Translations under genes and position numbers: made by a program
The notes under the pieces: model-generated
Seen by the model: only the letters and a program-made list of their open reading frames with translations
Told to the model about the DNA's origin: nothing
Databases searched by the model: none
Shown here: positions 37,963-47,599 of the stretch, in pieces
How positions within the stretch are numbered: position 1 is the first letter of the stretch
Layout: each line of letters begins with the position of its first letter
Origin: Gammaproteobacteria bacterium
GTDB taxonomy: Bacteria; Pseudomonadota; Gammaproteobacteria; Steroidobacterales; UBA11654
Direction of reading: 5' to 3'
DNA length: 64,000 nucleotides
Assembly: GCA_002717445.1 (NCBI GenBank)
Contig: PBDY01000008.1
Coordinates: 21,496-85,495, forward strand

Positions 37963-38790
37963 TCAGAATGTGCAGCGAGGTTTTCTCTCGACAGCATTGT
38001 ATAGTTCAAGTGACTCGGATAACTGGCTTGAGAGGCCTTTGATTCGAGTCTCGGATGAGGGGTGAGAAGAGACAAACTCTAAATTGGGTCGATTGCTGTC
38101 TTCTTGCATTTTTTTCCATAGGCTCAGACTCGCAAAAGGATTAAACCCCGCTTCAGCCATCAATCTCAAACCTGTCTTGTCGGCGTCCGATTCTTGCTCC
38201 CGGTTGAAAGGCAAGTTAAGACCATATGTTGAGAGTATCTGTGACATGGTATTTACCGCATTGATCTGATTATTCATTTCATAAATATCTGCTTGAGATG
38301 TGATCTGTCTATTGGCCATATTTCCAGCAATCACAGCCATGCCAATTGTGGTTCCCACCTTGGTCCGCATTTCTCGCTTTGCACGCTCATATGAATGTTT
38401 ATTTGTGACATGAGCTATCTCATGCCCGATTACTGTTGCAAGCTCGTCTTGACTTGAAGCAACTGCAAAAAGGCCCGTATAGACGCCCAGCTTTCCTCCC
38501 GGCATGGCAAAAGCATTTACGCCTGGATTATCAAAAACCTCTATCTCCCAATCCTCATCGGCCAATGGCTCGTCAAGTTGTCTGATGATTTTCTTGGCTA
38601 TGCAATTGACTTGTGTTCGCTTGCTGAGGTCTCTTGAGATTGGCAATGATGTCTTCATTTGCTCCCAAGCTTTCTCAGACTCAATCTCAACTTCTCTTTC
38701 ACTGACAAGCAATGCAGCATCAGTTTGGGGCATGAATGACAATGCAAACACACAAATTAAATCACGAATGAGGGTTTTCGACTTATGCAT
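37963..38790 (-). CDS. M48-family zinc metallopeptidase (periplasmic)
   Basis: 275 aa with a signal sequence, HEIAH zinc motif and a downstream E(x)D acidic ligand region. It overlaps the lipA 3' end by 8 nt. Confidence 0.8.
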   Translation of the reverse strand: MHKSKTLIRDLICVFALSFMPQTDAALLVSEREVEIESEKAWEQMKTSLPISRDLSKRTQVNCIAKKIIRQLDEPLADEDWEIEVFDNPGVNAFAMPGGKLGVYTGLFAVASSQDELATVIGHEIAHVTNKHSYERAKREMRTKVGTTIGMAVIAGNMANRQITSQADIYEMNNQINAVNTMSQILSTYGLNLPFNREQESDADKTGLRLMAEAGFNPFASLSLWKKMQEDSNRPNLEFVSSHPSSETRIKGLSSQLSESLELYNAVERKPRCTF

Positions 38791-39772
38791 TTTTATTCTC
38801 TTCTAAATTCATGAAAGCCCTATCGGCTCGGTAGCTAGAGCGAATCAATGGTCCAGCGACAACTTCATCAATGCCGATCTGCTTACCTATATGAGAGTAT
38901 TCTGTAAACTCATCCGGATGGATGTACTTTTTAACGGGTAAATGATTTTTTGTTGGCTGAAGGTATTGGCCGATTGTCAGTATTTTTACACCGTTCTCAT
39001 AAAGATCTTTCATCGTTTCAATCACTTCATCTCTTTCTTCACCCACGCCAAGCATGATCCCGCTCTTGCTGACGAATCCTTTCTTATTGGCGTGAGAAAG
39101 CATTCCGAGTGTTTGTTGATAGCCTGCTCTTGGGTCCCTGACGGTTTCTGTTAAACGCTTGACCGTCTCTATGTTTTGTGAAAATACATCCAGACCGCTG
39201 TCCAAAAGAACATCTAGGTGATTCAGATTACCCCTGAAATCCGGAGACAAAACTTCTATGGCAACGTTCGGAGATAATCTCTTTGATGCTGATACACATC
39301 GAGCTATATGAGACGATCCTCCGTCGAAAAGATCGTCTCGATCTACCGATGTTAGAACAACATATTGAAGTGACATGTAGGCAATTGTGTCTGCAATATT
39401 CTTGGGCTCATCTTCATCTAGCCAGCCCTTTGGGTTTCCTGTATCAACCGCACAAAATTTGCATGCTCTAGTACAAATACTGCCCATCACCATCAGAGTT
39501 GCAGTCTTATGATTCCAACATTCAGCAATATTAGGGCATTTAGATTCTTCGCATACACTGCTGAGATTAAGCTGCTTCACTTTGCTTTTCAGCGAAAGAA
39601 AACTCTCACCTGAAGGAATTGGCACTTTGAACCAATTGGGTTTCTTTGGGCTTTCTTGATGAGGATATTCAACAGAAACCTTGATGCCATCCTTGATGGC
39701 CTTTATGCCATTTCGATGAACGTATTTTTCGCCGCTAGCCGGGGCCGGCCTCAGTGTTGTATTATTATCCAT
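38783..39772 (-). CDS. lipA: Lipoyl synthase
   Basis: 329 aa with the auxiliary cluster CEESKCPNIAEC and the radical-SAM CTRACKFC. LipA-typical C-terminus RSSY. Confidence 0.95.
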   Translation of the reverse strand: MDNNTTLRPAPASGEKYVHRNGIKAIKDGIKVSVEYPHQESPKKPNWFKVPIPSGESFLSLKSKVKQLNLSSVCEESKCPNIAECWNHKTATLMVMGSICTRACKFCAVDTGNPKGWLDEDEPKNIADTIAYMSLQYVVLTSVDRDDLFDGGSSHIARCVSASKRLSPNVAIEVLSPDFRGNLNHLDVLLDSGLDVFSQNIETVKRLTETVRDPRAGYQQTLGMLSHANKKGFVSKSGIMLGVGEERDEVIETMKDLYENGVKILTIGQYLQPTKNHLPVKKYIHPDEFTEYSHIGKQIGIDEVVAGPLIRSSYRADRAFMNLEENKNA

Positions 39773-39831
39773 AGTGAGTATCTAGATGAATTATAGTTGA
39801 CTTTATAAAGCCTGAACATGCCAAAAAGCAA

Positions 39832-40341
39832 ATGATCATAAGAAAACCATATTTTTATATATTCGTCATAACCCTTTATTCATCTTTATTTTACTCGTCA
39901 TCAGTAACGTCACTTAACCCAAAGAGCATGGATGATCTCAAGCACTGGAAAAAAGGCTCTGTCAAGATTCAGGTTGATGGAAATGAAGGCCTAGAATTAA
40001 ACGTGTTGATTGCTGGGTCCAATAAAGAAAGAAGACAGGGGCTGATGCACATCGAATTCATGGAAGAAGATCAGGGAATGTTGTTTATTTTTAAGCCGGC
40101 AAGAAAAGTCTCAATGTGGATGAGAAACACCCCGTTGACATTAGACATGATATTCATTGACAGAGATGGAAAAATCATAAATATTGCAAAAAATACGACT
40201 CCTTATTCAACAAAAGGAATTTCCTCTGGAGGGCCTATTAGTTGGGTTCTGGAAGTGAATGGAGGCCTCTCAGAACGCATAAATATCAAAACTGGTGATC
40301 TTGTAAGCTTGAAACCTATAGAGGACCTCGACGGAGAATAG
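39832..40341 (+). CDS. DUF192-like secreted protein
   Basis: 169 aa with a signal-like N-terminus and the blocks RRQGLMH and MWMRNTPLTLDMIFID, which are typical of DUF192 (COG1430) as I recall it. Confidence 0.5.
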   Translation: MIIRKPYFYIFVITLYSSLFYSSSVTSLNPKSMDDLKHWKKGSVKIQVDGNEGLELNVLIAGSNKERRQGLMHIEFMEEDQGMLFIFKPARKVSMWMRNTPLTLDMIFIDRDGKIINIAKNTTPYSTKGISSGGPISWVLEVNGGLSERINIKTGDLVSLKPIEDLDGE

Positions 40342-41008
40342 TCCACCATCTAGCAATATTCAACAAGCTCATCAATGATCCAGCTAAGTATGTTAATGCA
40401 GCTGCTCTGAGTATTTCTCTGGCTCTATCAGAATCCCCTTTCTTTAGAAAATTGCTGCTCACAAGCATTGGCATGGCTCTTGAGAAACTTGCATCCCATT
40501 CTGTCGGAAGCGTAACAAGATGAATAATTGAACTCATGCCAAGTGTCAAAAATCCACCCAAAAACATAATCAAACCGGATTGAGGGATTCGTGTAATAAG
40601 AGTTACAAATGGTGCTGCCATGAGAATAAAAGCACCGACTCTTTGCGCAGGTGCCATCAGTTTTACCATTTTTGTTCTGAGCGAGAGGGGAAAGTATTTT
40701 GTAGAATCCTGATGAGCATGTCCGACTTCATGTGCGGCTACGACGATCGCTGTCAAAGAGCCAGAACTCATCTTATCTTCAGTCAGCCTTACAGTCTTAG
40801 ACATCGGATCATAGTGGTCACCCATTTCTGTAGATTCAACCTTGATATCCTTTAAATCAAGGGCGTCCAGGAGCTTTCTTGCAAATTCAGAACCTGTCAT
40901 TGCATACCTGTCCTCAGGATCATGATACTTCTTCATGACCCTTTGAACCCATATTGAAGGAAAAAAGAGGATTAAGAAGATGATCAAAAAAGTGATCAGG
41001 TAGCTCAC
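40316..41008 (-). CDS. Membrane zinc metallopeptidase (putative neutral zinc peptidase family)
   Basis: 230 aa with an N-terminal TM, HEVGHAHQD zinc motif and C-terminal TM segments. Its 3' end overlaps the convergent DUF192 gene by 26 nt. Confidence 0.7.
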   Translation of the reverse strand: MSYLITFLIIFLILFFPSIWVQRVMKKYHDPEDRYAMTGSEFARKLLDALDLKDIKVESTEMGDHYDPMSKTVRLTEDKMSSGSLTAIVVAAHEVGHAHQDSTKYFPLSLRTKMVKLMAPAQRVGAFILMAAPFVTLITRIPQSGLIMFLGGFLTLGMSSIIHLVTLPTEWDASFSRAMPMLVSSNFLKKGDSDRAREILRAAALTYLAGSLMSLLNIARWWTILRRGPL

Positions 41009-41014
41009 TGATTT

Positions 41015-41590
41015 CTACTCTATTCTTTTGACTCTGACAGAGGAATTCAGGCCTTCAATCTTGAGCACATACGTATCACTCACTCTGCTTCTTTTGATTG
41101 TGACTGTTGGGTTATCCATTTTTACTTTAAGAACACCATAGCTGTTCTGCTGCCAGACCTGGCCATTTTGAAGGTTAAACTTGGTATAACCGTCCCACCC
41201 ATTGAATTCACCATTGATTTTTGTCTGTATGCTCTCTCTTTCGTCCCTAATGATCAGTCCAAAATTATCATCTGACTTTGATGTCTCAGCAGATGAGCTG
41301 CTTTTAGTAATCGTTTCAGCCTCAGTCTCTTCTTCAACTTCTGTATCATTCTTTTTATTTTCAGAACCTCTGCCCAGTCTTGAAAGCAATCCCGTTCTTT
41401 CTTTCGCGGGTTTGGCACTTTGAACGTCAGGGTTTTCAGTGATCCTGTCATAACATTGAAGCCTGATCAGAGAAACCGAGATTTCAGAGCACTCTTTTAG
41501 CTTTTGTTCAAGTGTTTGAGCCTCTGAAGGGATTGAAAATACTAGAAAAAAGGCCGAGAAAAATATGCCAATGATGTTGTGTACTTTCAT
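41015..41590 (-). CDS. Hypothetical secreted protein with acidic/Ser-rich linker
   Basis: Start moved to ATG 41590 (MKVHNIIGIFF...), which has AGGAG 5 nt upstream. Has a signal peptide, a Cys pair (CSEIS...RLQCYD), a low-complexity EEETEAE/SSSS linker and a beta-rich C-terminal domain. No family recognised. Confidence 0.5.
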   Translation of the reverse strand: MKVHNIIGIFFSAFFLVFSIPSEAQTLEQKLKECSEISVSLIRLQCYDRITENPDVQSAKPAKERTGLLSRLGRGSENKKNDTEVEEETEAETITKSSSSAETSKSDDNFGLIIRDERESIQTKINGEFNGWDGYTKFNLQNGQVWQQNSYGVLKVKMDNPTVTIKRSRVSDTYVLKIEGLNSSVRVKRIE

Positions 41591-41696
41591 GAAAGCTCCT
41601 AGGATTCGTTTGTTACCAATCATACATTCACTGATTTAACCTTGAAAGAAAAATTATCCTCCAGATGTCATATATTTCAAAGAATTCGGGTTTATT

Positions 41697-41714
41697 TGTT
41701 GTATATAGACAACA
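41697..41714. promoter_or_regulatory. Palindrome TGTTGT-ATATAG-ACAACA in the TonB-dependent receptor leader
   Basis: Read directly from the sequence. It is located about 200 nt upstream of the receptor ATG in a 286-nt AT-rich intergenic region. No known operator consensus recognised. Confidence 0.2.
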
Positions 41715-41909
41715 GTTATTCTAATTATTTATATATATCAATATGTTAAAACAATTCTTTTATATAATTTAATTCAATTATAGCTTGCGTAAGTGCATTG
41801 AATACCGGAAAATACAAGCATATTTACGTTTAGGGGGCGTATCTATCTTATAGGTGCCTTCATCCTGGACATTAATATTTAATTAACTCAATAATAAGAG
41901 AGGAAATAA

Positions 41910-44606
41910 ATGAATACTTCTTTATTTGAAAGAGCCAAGTATCTTTTCATTACTCTGAGTGCGGTTGCAGTGGTTTTTGCCATTCCAACTTGGGCTCAAG
42001 ATGAAGATGAAGATGCTGCTGAGCTCGGAAAAATCGAAGTCACGGGTTCACGATTGAATCAAACAGATATTGAAACTGCTCAGCCAGTTACAGTCATCTC
42101 AAGAGAGCAAATCGAGTTATCGGGCTTCGCAACTGTCGCTGAGGTACTTCAAAACACTCCTTACAACTCATTTGGATCATTCAGAGAAACCTCTGGATAT
42201 GCAAATGGTCAGGCAAGTGTTAATGAAATATCGCTCAGAGGCTTAGGGTCTCAAAGAACATTGGTCCTGCTGGATGGAAGACGAATTGCTTCCACTGGTG
42301 GATCTGGTGGTGCGGCTCAAAACTTAAACCAAATCCCGTCTGCAATTATCGATCGTATCGAAATTTTGCGTGATGGTGCATCAGCGGTTTATGGTTCTGA
42401 CGCAATCGCAGGTGTTGTAAACATCATCACTCGAAAAGACTTTGATGGAATGGATATTTCCATAACATCTGGTTCTACTGAAGTTGGTGGCGGTGATTAC
42501 ACTAGAGCGAACATAACTGGCGGTGTTTCAAACTCAAAAGGAAACATCTACTATACGTTCCAACACTACGATAGAAGACCTCAATACTATAACGAAATTC
42601 CTTATGCGAGCCATGCAAGTAATTATGATTACTTCAGCTCATTTGGTTATCCAGGTGCAGCAATCACAAAACTTGGTATCGTCGTTGATCCTAGGTGTCC
42701 TGAAGCAAACGTTGGCTCTAGCAGAGACAATGGTTCTAATACCGACTCAACATTTCCAAATTCATACTACTGGGCAGGTCCTGGTTTAGAGACTGGATTG
42801 GGTCGATGTGGATATGACTTCGCACAAGATATTATGTCAATTCCAAGAGCTAAGCGTAATGCTTTCCTCATGAAAGGTTCATACGATCTTTCGCCTGATG
42901 TAACTATGAATACTGTGGTGATGTTCTCACAACTTGAAGGTGATTCAAGATATGCTGGAACTCCAATCACGGCTCCATATCCAGTTATACCAGCGTTCAG
43001 TCCTAATCATCCATTGAAAGCATATGGCTATGATTGTGAAAATGAAGCTGACGGATGTGGAAGTGCCACACTACTTCTAAGATCAGTGCCTAATGGATAT
43101 CGTGACAACACTGTTACTGAAAACATCACTGACGTAAGAGTCGGTCTTGAAGGTGTTGCAGACATGATGGGCGGCCTTGAGTGGGAACTCAATGTTCAAA
43201 CAACTATCAATGACATTGATAACCAAACCATTAACTTGGTGAACAAGACACTTCTTCAAGCAGGCCTAGACGCCGGTAATGTTGACCCTTGGGGTATCAA
43301 CAGCACTCTGGATGAAGTGGCAGCTCAAATGCTTGCCTTTAACCACACTGGACTTTATCAAGCTGATCTTAAAACAACTATGGCTGACTTAATTACTAAG
43401 TTTGACGTAGGAGAGTTGGCAGGTGGAGCAATCGGTATGGTTGTGGGGCTTGAGTATTCACACTCTTCATTCGATCAATTGAATGATCCTGAGTCTAACG
43501 CATTTTTGATCGCTGGTTCTGCCGGTGGTGATAACATTACTGCTGAAAGACACAGAAAATCTGCATTCTTTGAGCTTGGTCTACCATTTACTGATCAGTT
43601 TAAAGTCAGCATGGCTGGACGTTATGACGAATACAGCACAACAGGTGTTGGCAGTAACTTCTCGCCTTCAATTAACTTTGAATACAGGCCTACTAGTTGG
43701 GTATTGTTGAGAGGTACTTTTGGTGAAGGATTTAGAGCGCCAGCATTTGATGAATTGTTCGGTAATCGATCAGAAAGCTTCCCTTCAGGGATTGATATTG
43801 TAGGTTGTGCGACTGGTGCAGTTCCGCTTCAACCAGACGGTTCTTGTCCATCCACTCAATACAGAGCTTTCTATGGTGGTAACCCAGAACTAGGACCAGA
43901 GGAATCTGAGCATTACACTTTTGGTGCAGTTCTCTCTCCTCTTCCTGAGTTGAATATTCAACTTAACGTTTGGCACACAGAGTTTGAAGGACTCATTACA
44001 ACTTCAACTTTGAACAGAGAGTTCGAAGCTGAAGCGAATGGAGAAACAAACTATGTTACTCGTTGTACTGCGGCTGACGCTTGTCAGGAAGGTACCGTTA
44101 ACTATGTTTCATTGACTTCTAATAACTACAAAGGAGTTACAATGGAAGGTCTTGACGTAGATATTAACTACGTTCTTGATACGGATAACGCGGGTCGTTT
44201 TGACATGGGCGTAAACTATGCTCAAATCACTAAGTATATATATCAACGTTTTGCCTCAGACTCTGTAGAGAGTAACGAAGGTGAAATGGGATTGCCTGAT
44301 ACCAGGATGACTCCTTACCTCACATGGGGTAAAGGTGATTGGGGTGTTGGCCTAACTGGCTACCACGTTTCAGGGCAAGAAACTGACTACTATGGTACTC
44401 CATACTCAGTTGGTGATTCCATGACCTTTAACTTAAGGGTTAGCTATCAATTGCCTTGGGATGCATCCGTTTCTATCGGTGCAATCAATGTAACTGACGA
44501 AGAACCTGAGCAAAACTCTGGTTGGTATGGATGGTATCCATTCGACTTCTCCTTGTATGATACAAGAGGAAGAACGGTTTACCTTACCTACGAACAGAGC
44601 CTCTAA
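41910..44606 (+). CDS. TonB-dependent outer-membrane receptor
   Basis: 898 aa with a signal peptide, an acidic QDEDEDAAELGKIEVTGSR TonB-box region, plug-domain blocks (LRGLG...TLVLLDGRR, RIEILRDGASAVYGSDAIAGVVNIIT) and a long beta-barrel. Confidence 0.9.
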   Translation: MNTSLFERAKYLFITLSAVAVVFAIPTWAQDEDEDAAELGKIEVTGSRLNQTDIETAQPVTVISREQIELSGFATVAEVLQNTPYNSFGSFRETSGYANGQASVNEISLRGLGSQRTLVLLDGRRIASTGGSGGAAQNLNQIPSAIIDRIEILRDGASAVYGSDAIAGVVNIITRKDFDGMDISITSGSTEVGGGDYTRANITGGVSNSKGNIYYTFQHYDRRPQYYNEIPYASHASNYDYFSSFGYPGAAITKLGIVVDPRCPEANVGSSRDNGSNTDSTFPNSYYWAGPGLETGLGRCGYDFAQDIMSIPRAKRNAFLMKGSYDLSPDVTMNTVVMFSQLEGDSRYAGTPITAPYPVIPAFSPNHPLKAYGYDCENEADGCGSATLLLRSVPNGYRDNTVTENITDVRVGLEGVADMMGGLEWELNVQTTINDIDNQTINLVNKTLLQAGLDAGNVDPWGINSTLDEVAAQMLAFNHTGLYQADLKTTMADLITKFDVGELAGGAIGMVVGLEYSHSSFDQLNDPESNAFLIAGSAGGDNITAERHRKSAFFELGLPFTDQFKVSMAGRYDEYSTTGVGSNFSPSINFEYRPTSWVLLRGTFGEGFRAPAFDELFGNRSESFPSGIDIVGCATGAVPLQPDGSCPSTQYRAFYGGNPELGPEESEHYTFGAVLSPLPELNIQLNVWHTEFEGLITTSTLNREFEAEANGETNYVTRCTAADACQEGTVNYVSLTSNNYKGVTMEGLDVDINYVLDTDNAGRFDMGVNYAQITKYIYQRFASDSVESNEGEMGLPDTRMTPYLTWGKGDWGVGLTGYHVSGQETDYYGTPYSVGDSMTFNLRVSYQLPWDASVSIGAINVTDEEPEQNSGWYGWYPFDFSLYDTRGRTVYLTYEQSL

Positions 44607-44630
44607 TCTAAGAGTTAGTTAGATAAAATT

Positions 44631-44659
44631 AGAGCGGACTTCGGTCCGCTCTTTTTTTT
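44631..44659. terminator. Rho-independent terminator, probably bidirectional
   Basis: A perfect 9-bp GC-rich stem AGAGCGGAC / GTCCGCTCT with loop TTCG is followed by T7 on the plus strand. An A-rich tract lies upstream. It sits between the convergent receptor and Sel1-repeat genes. Confidence 0.8.
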
Positions 44660-44671
44660 GGGGTTTCTAAT

Positions 44672-45496
44672 TTATTGGATTGTGAGAATCAGCTCTTCGG
44701 CAAGGGCTTCGCTTTTTCTGATCTGCTTAACACTGAGCCTTTTTTTAAGATCTTTAAGCATCTGTTTTGCATATCCAACTGCAAAAATACGTCCGAAAGA
44801 TTTGCCCTCAAGAATGTCCTCGCATCGTGGAACATCTCGATTTAATTCTTCCTGCTTATCCTCATAGTCTTTTCGATATTTTTTGTACTCTTGATCATCA
44901 ATCTGGGATGATGCAATTAAAAACCAAGCATATGCATACACTAAGTTTTTCTTTACACCCCTTGCATCTCGATATGCCATGCCCAGTCCAACCTGTGATC
45001 TCGTATGCCCCTGTAAGGATGCTTGCTGATAATATTCAAATGCCTTCTCTTGATCTTTCCTCACTCCAGTGCCATATCGATAAATTCTTGCCAATCCATT
45101 GAGCCCATCAAGATCTCCTTTTGCTGCACCTTTTTCATACCATGTCTTTGCTTTTTTAGCATTCATGGGAACCACTTCACCTCGAATATACATCTCAGCC
45201 ATTGCAATCTCCGCATCTGTATCTCCCTGATTCGCCGCTGCCTGCATCCATTCAAAGGCTTTTTTGTAGTTCCTTCTAAAATCTCCATAGAGCGTTCCAG
45301 AGTATAGGCGGCTTAAAGCAATCTGAGCTTTGACATCATTAGCTTTTGCAGGCACTGAACATGCAGCAATGGCCTCTAAACACAAATTATCTTTGATTAA
45401 TTTCTTGCATTCACTTTGAGCAAAGATTGTTGCTGGCAAAATTAAAAGCAATAGAGTGAGTTTTTTGGTTACGATCTTAATTTTTTTAGATTCCAT
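44672..45496 (-). CDS. Sel1-repeat (TPR-like) secreted protein
   Basis: 274 aa with a signal peptide and repeated Sel1 signatures (A..W...AA.QG...A...L..MY..G.GV). Confidence 0.8.
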   Translation of the reverse strand: MESKKIKIVTKKLTLLLLILPATIFAQSECKKLIKDNLCLEAIAACSVPAKANDVKAQIALSRLYSGTLYGDFRRNYKKAFEWMQAAANQGDTDAEIAMAEMYIRGEVVPMNAKKAKTWYEKGAAKGDLDGLNGLARIYRYGTGVRKDQEKAFEYYQQASLQGHTRSQVGLGMAYRDARGVKKNLVYAYAWFLIASSQIDDQEYKKYRKDYEDKQEELNRDVPRCEDILEGKSFGRIFAVGYAKQMLKDLKKRLSVKQIRKSEALAEELILTIQ

Positions 45497-45561
45497 GGTA
45501 GTATGATTCGTCTGAGACCTATATATAGATCAAATTAAACTATTTCCTAAGGAATATACAA

Positions 45562-47592
45562 ATGAAAAAGATACTCCCAATATTAGCGATTGTCATCTCA
45601 ATTAGCACAATGGCTGTCGAAGAATTTCCTGTCGAACATTTCTTTAAAGACCCAACAATGCTGGGTCCACAGCTCTCACCCGATGGAGAGTACCTAGCAG
45701 CATTGACTCCATACAATGTAAATAGAGAGGAGCAAAAACAATGCAAAAATAGACCTTTTGGCAAGAAAAATAATAAGGGTGAAGTTCATTTTTGCGATGT
45801 CAGCAGAAGAAATATTACAGTGATTCATATTGGTGATAAGAATAAAGACTGTCAGGCTGGAAATTATGGGGCATGTAAAAGTGTTCGAGTTACACAACTT
45901 CGTGGTCAAAATGTAAGTAGCTTCTTCTGGGCAAACAATGAGCGGATTATTTTTACAACCGGTGGCGATCAACTGAATGGAATTAGAGGTTATGCAGATA
46001 CCCTAGGGATCTATGCTGTGAATAAAGATGGCAACAAGAGCAGGCAATTGGTGAAACCTGAAGATGCCGATGGAAGGGTTACTCCTATAAATTTACTTCG
46101 TGATGATAATGACCATATCCTAGTTATGAGAAATGACCGAAAAAGATACCTTCAAGACGTTTATAAAATGAATGTCTATAACGGAAAGTTTTTCAGGCAA
46201 ATTACTTCTCCAGGTCCAGTCGTTAGTTGGGCCACTGATCGTGACGGGGTCTTAAGGCTGGCAGCTTTGCAAGATGAAGAATCATTGTCTTATGAGACTA
46301 AAATTATTTATAGAGACAATGAGAATGAAGAATTTAGAGAGATTGATCGATTTGAAGGCTTGCAGAATGGTTGGGGAGCCATTGGTTGGGATGAGAGCCA
46401 GGAGAAAGTTTACATCACATCCAACCTTGGAAGAGACACCTATGGAATTGGTTTGCTAGACCCAAATACAGGGGACATTGAAGATGTATTCGAAGCAGAA
46501 GGTGCAGAAGTTTCAAGTATGGGTTTTACTGACGATGGAGAGCCCATTACGGTCGTCTACAGAGATATTAATACCAAACCTCAAAGACACTATGTCAATG
46601 AGAAGTGGAAGAACATTATAGAAATGCTAAAAGGTGCACTTCAAAGCGACTATGTCGGCATTGCATCCATGTCACGAGACGAAATGAAAATGGTTTTATC
46701 CGTCGGAAGTGATACCAATCCTGGAGACTATTATCTCTATGATCAAAATAAAAGTAGTCTTGCCTATCTTGGTTCAGTCAGGCCATGGATTGATCCAAAA
46801 ACAATGGCGCCAATGAAGCCATTCTCTTTTGAAGCCAGAGATGGAGAAACCATTTATGGGTTTCTAACGGTTCCCGTGGACAGCGACGGCAAAGATTTAC
46901 CATTAATACTCAATCCACATGGCGGCCCTTTTGGCATTCAAGATACTTGGGGCTTCAATGGAGAGACTCAGTTTTTTGCGAATCAAGGCTATGCGGTCAT
47001 GCAAGTAAACTACAGAGGATCCGGTGGATATGGAAAACGCTATGAACGAATTGGCTATAAGCGGTGGGGCCTTGAGATGCAAGATGATCTAAGCGATGCT
47101 GTTCAATGGGCAGTCTCAGAAGGGGTTGCCGATCCCGATCATGTCTGTATCTATGGTGCCAGTTATGGTGGTTATGCAACGATGGCGGGCATCACATTAA
47201 CCCCTGAGTTATATAGTTGCGGAGTGAATTATGTGGGTATTTGGGATATTGCAATGCTCTACAGGCAAGATGGTCGGTTTGATAAACGACTTTCTCGTTG
47301 GTTCAGAGATCATGTGGTTGATGTTGAAAAAGACGAAGCACAACTTAAAAAAACATCACCAAATTTCCACATTGATAAGATTCAAGCGCCGCTGTTTATT
47401 GTGCATGGAAGAAGAGACTACAATGTCAGGGTTGAGCAAGCTGAGACATTAATGGATGCCTTGGATGAAAAAGGCATTCCCTATGAAGTCATGATTAAAA
47501 GAGAAGAAGGGCATGGCTTCACGCTTTATGAAAATAAAGTTGAGCTCTATACGAAGATGGGGAGCTTTTTTAAAGAACATCTAGCAAAGTAG
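45562..47592 (+). CDS. S9-family serine peptidase (prolyl oligopeptidase/dipeptidyl aminopeptidase type), secreted
   Basis: 676 aa with a signal peptide, an N-terminal beta-propeller-like region and a C-terminal alpha/beta hydrolase with nucleophile GASYGGY and acid/His region (HGRRDYNV, GHGF). Confidence 0.85.
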   Translation: MKKILPILAIVISISTMAVEEFPVEHFFKDPTMLGPQLSPDGEYLAALTPYNVNREEQKQCKNRPFGKKNNKGEVHFCDVSRRNITVIHIGDKNKDCQAGNYGACKSVRVTQLRGQNVSSFFWANNERIIFTTGGDQLNGIRGYADTLGIYAVNKDGNKSRQLVKPEDADGRVTPINLLRDDNDHILVMRNDRKRYLQDVYKMNVYNGKFFRQITSPGPVVSWATDRDGVLRLAALQDEESLSYETKIIYRDNENEEFREIDRFEGLQNGWGAIGWDESQEKVYITSNLGRDTYGIGLLDPNTGDIEDVFEAEGAEVSSMGFTDDGEPITVVYRDINTKPQRHYVNEKWKNIIEMLKGALQSDYVGIASMSRDEMKMVLSVGSDTNPGDYYLYDQNKSSLAYLGSVRPWIDPKTMAPMKPFSFEARDGETIYGFLTVPVDSDGKDLPLILNPHGGPFGIQDTWGFNGETQFFANQGYAVMQVNYRGSGGYGKRYERIGYKRWGLEMQDDLSDAVQWAVSEGVADPDHVCIYGASYGGYATMAGITLTPELYSCGVNYVGIWDIAMLYRQDGRFDKRLSRWFRDHVVDVEKDEAQLKKTSPNFHIDKIQAPLFIVHGRRDYNVRVEQAETLMDALDEKGIPYEVMIKREEGHGFTLYENKVELYTKMGSFFKEHLAK

Positions 47593-47599
47593 CTAGACT

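Noticed and set aside
41624-41909. Riboswitch (cobalamin, TPP or similar) upstream of the TonB-dependent receptor.
   Set aside because: I found no B12-box-like GCCACTG core, TPP CTGAGA motif or GC-rich helices. The region is too AT-rich for the known structured leaders. Only a covariance-model scan could formally exclude it.
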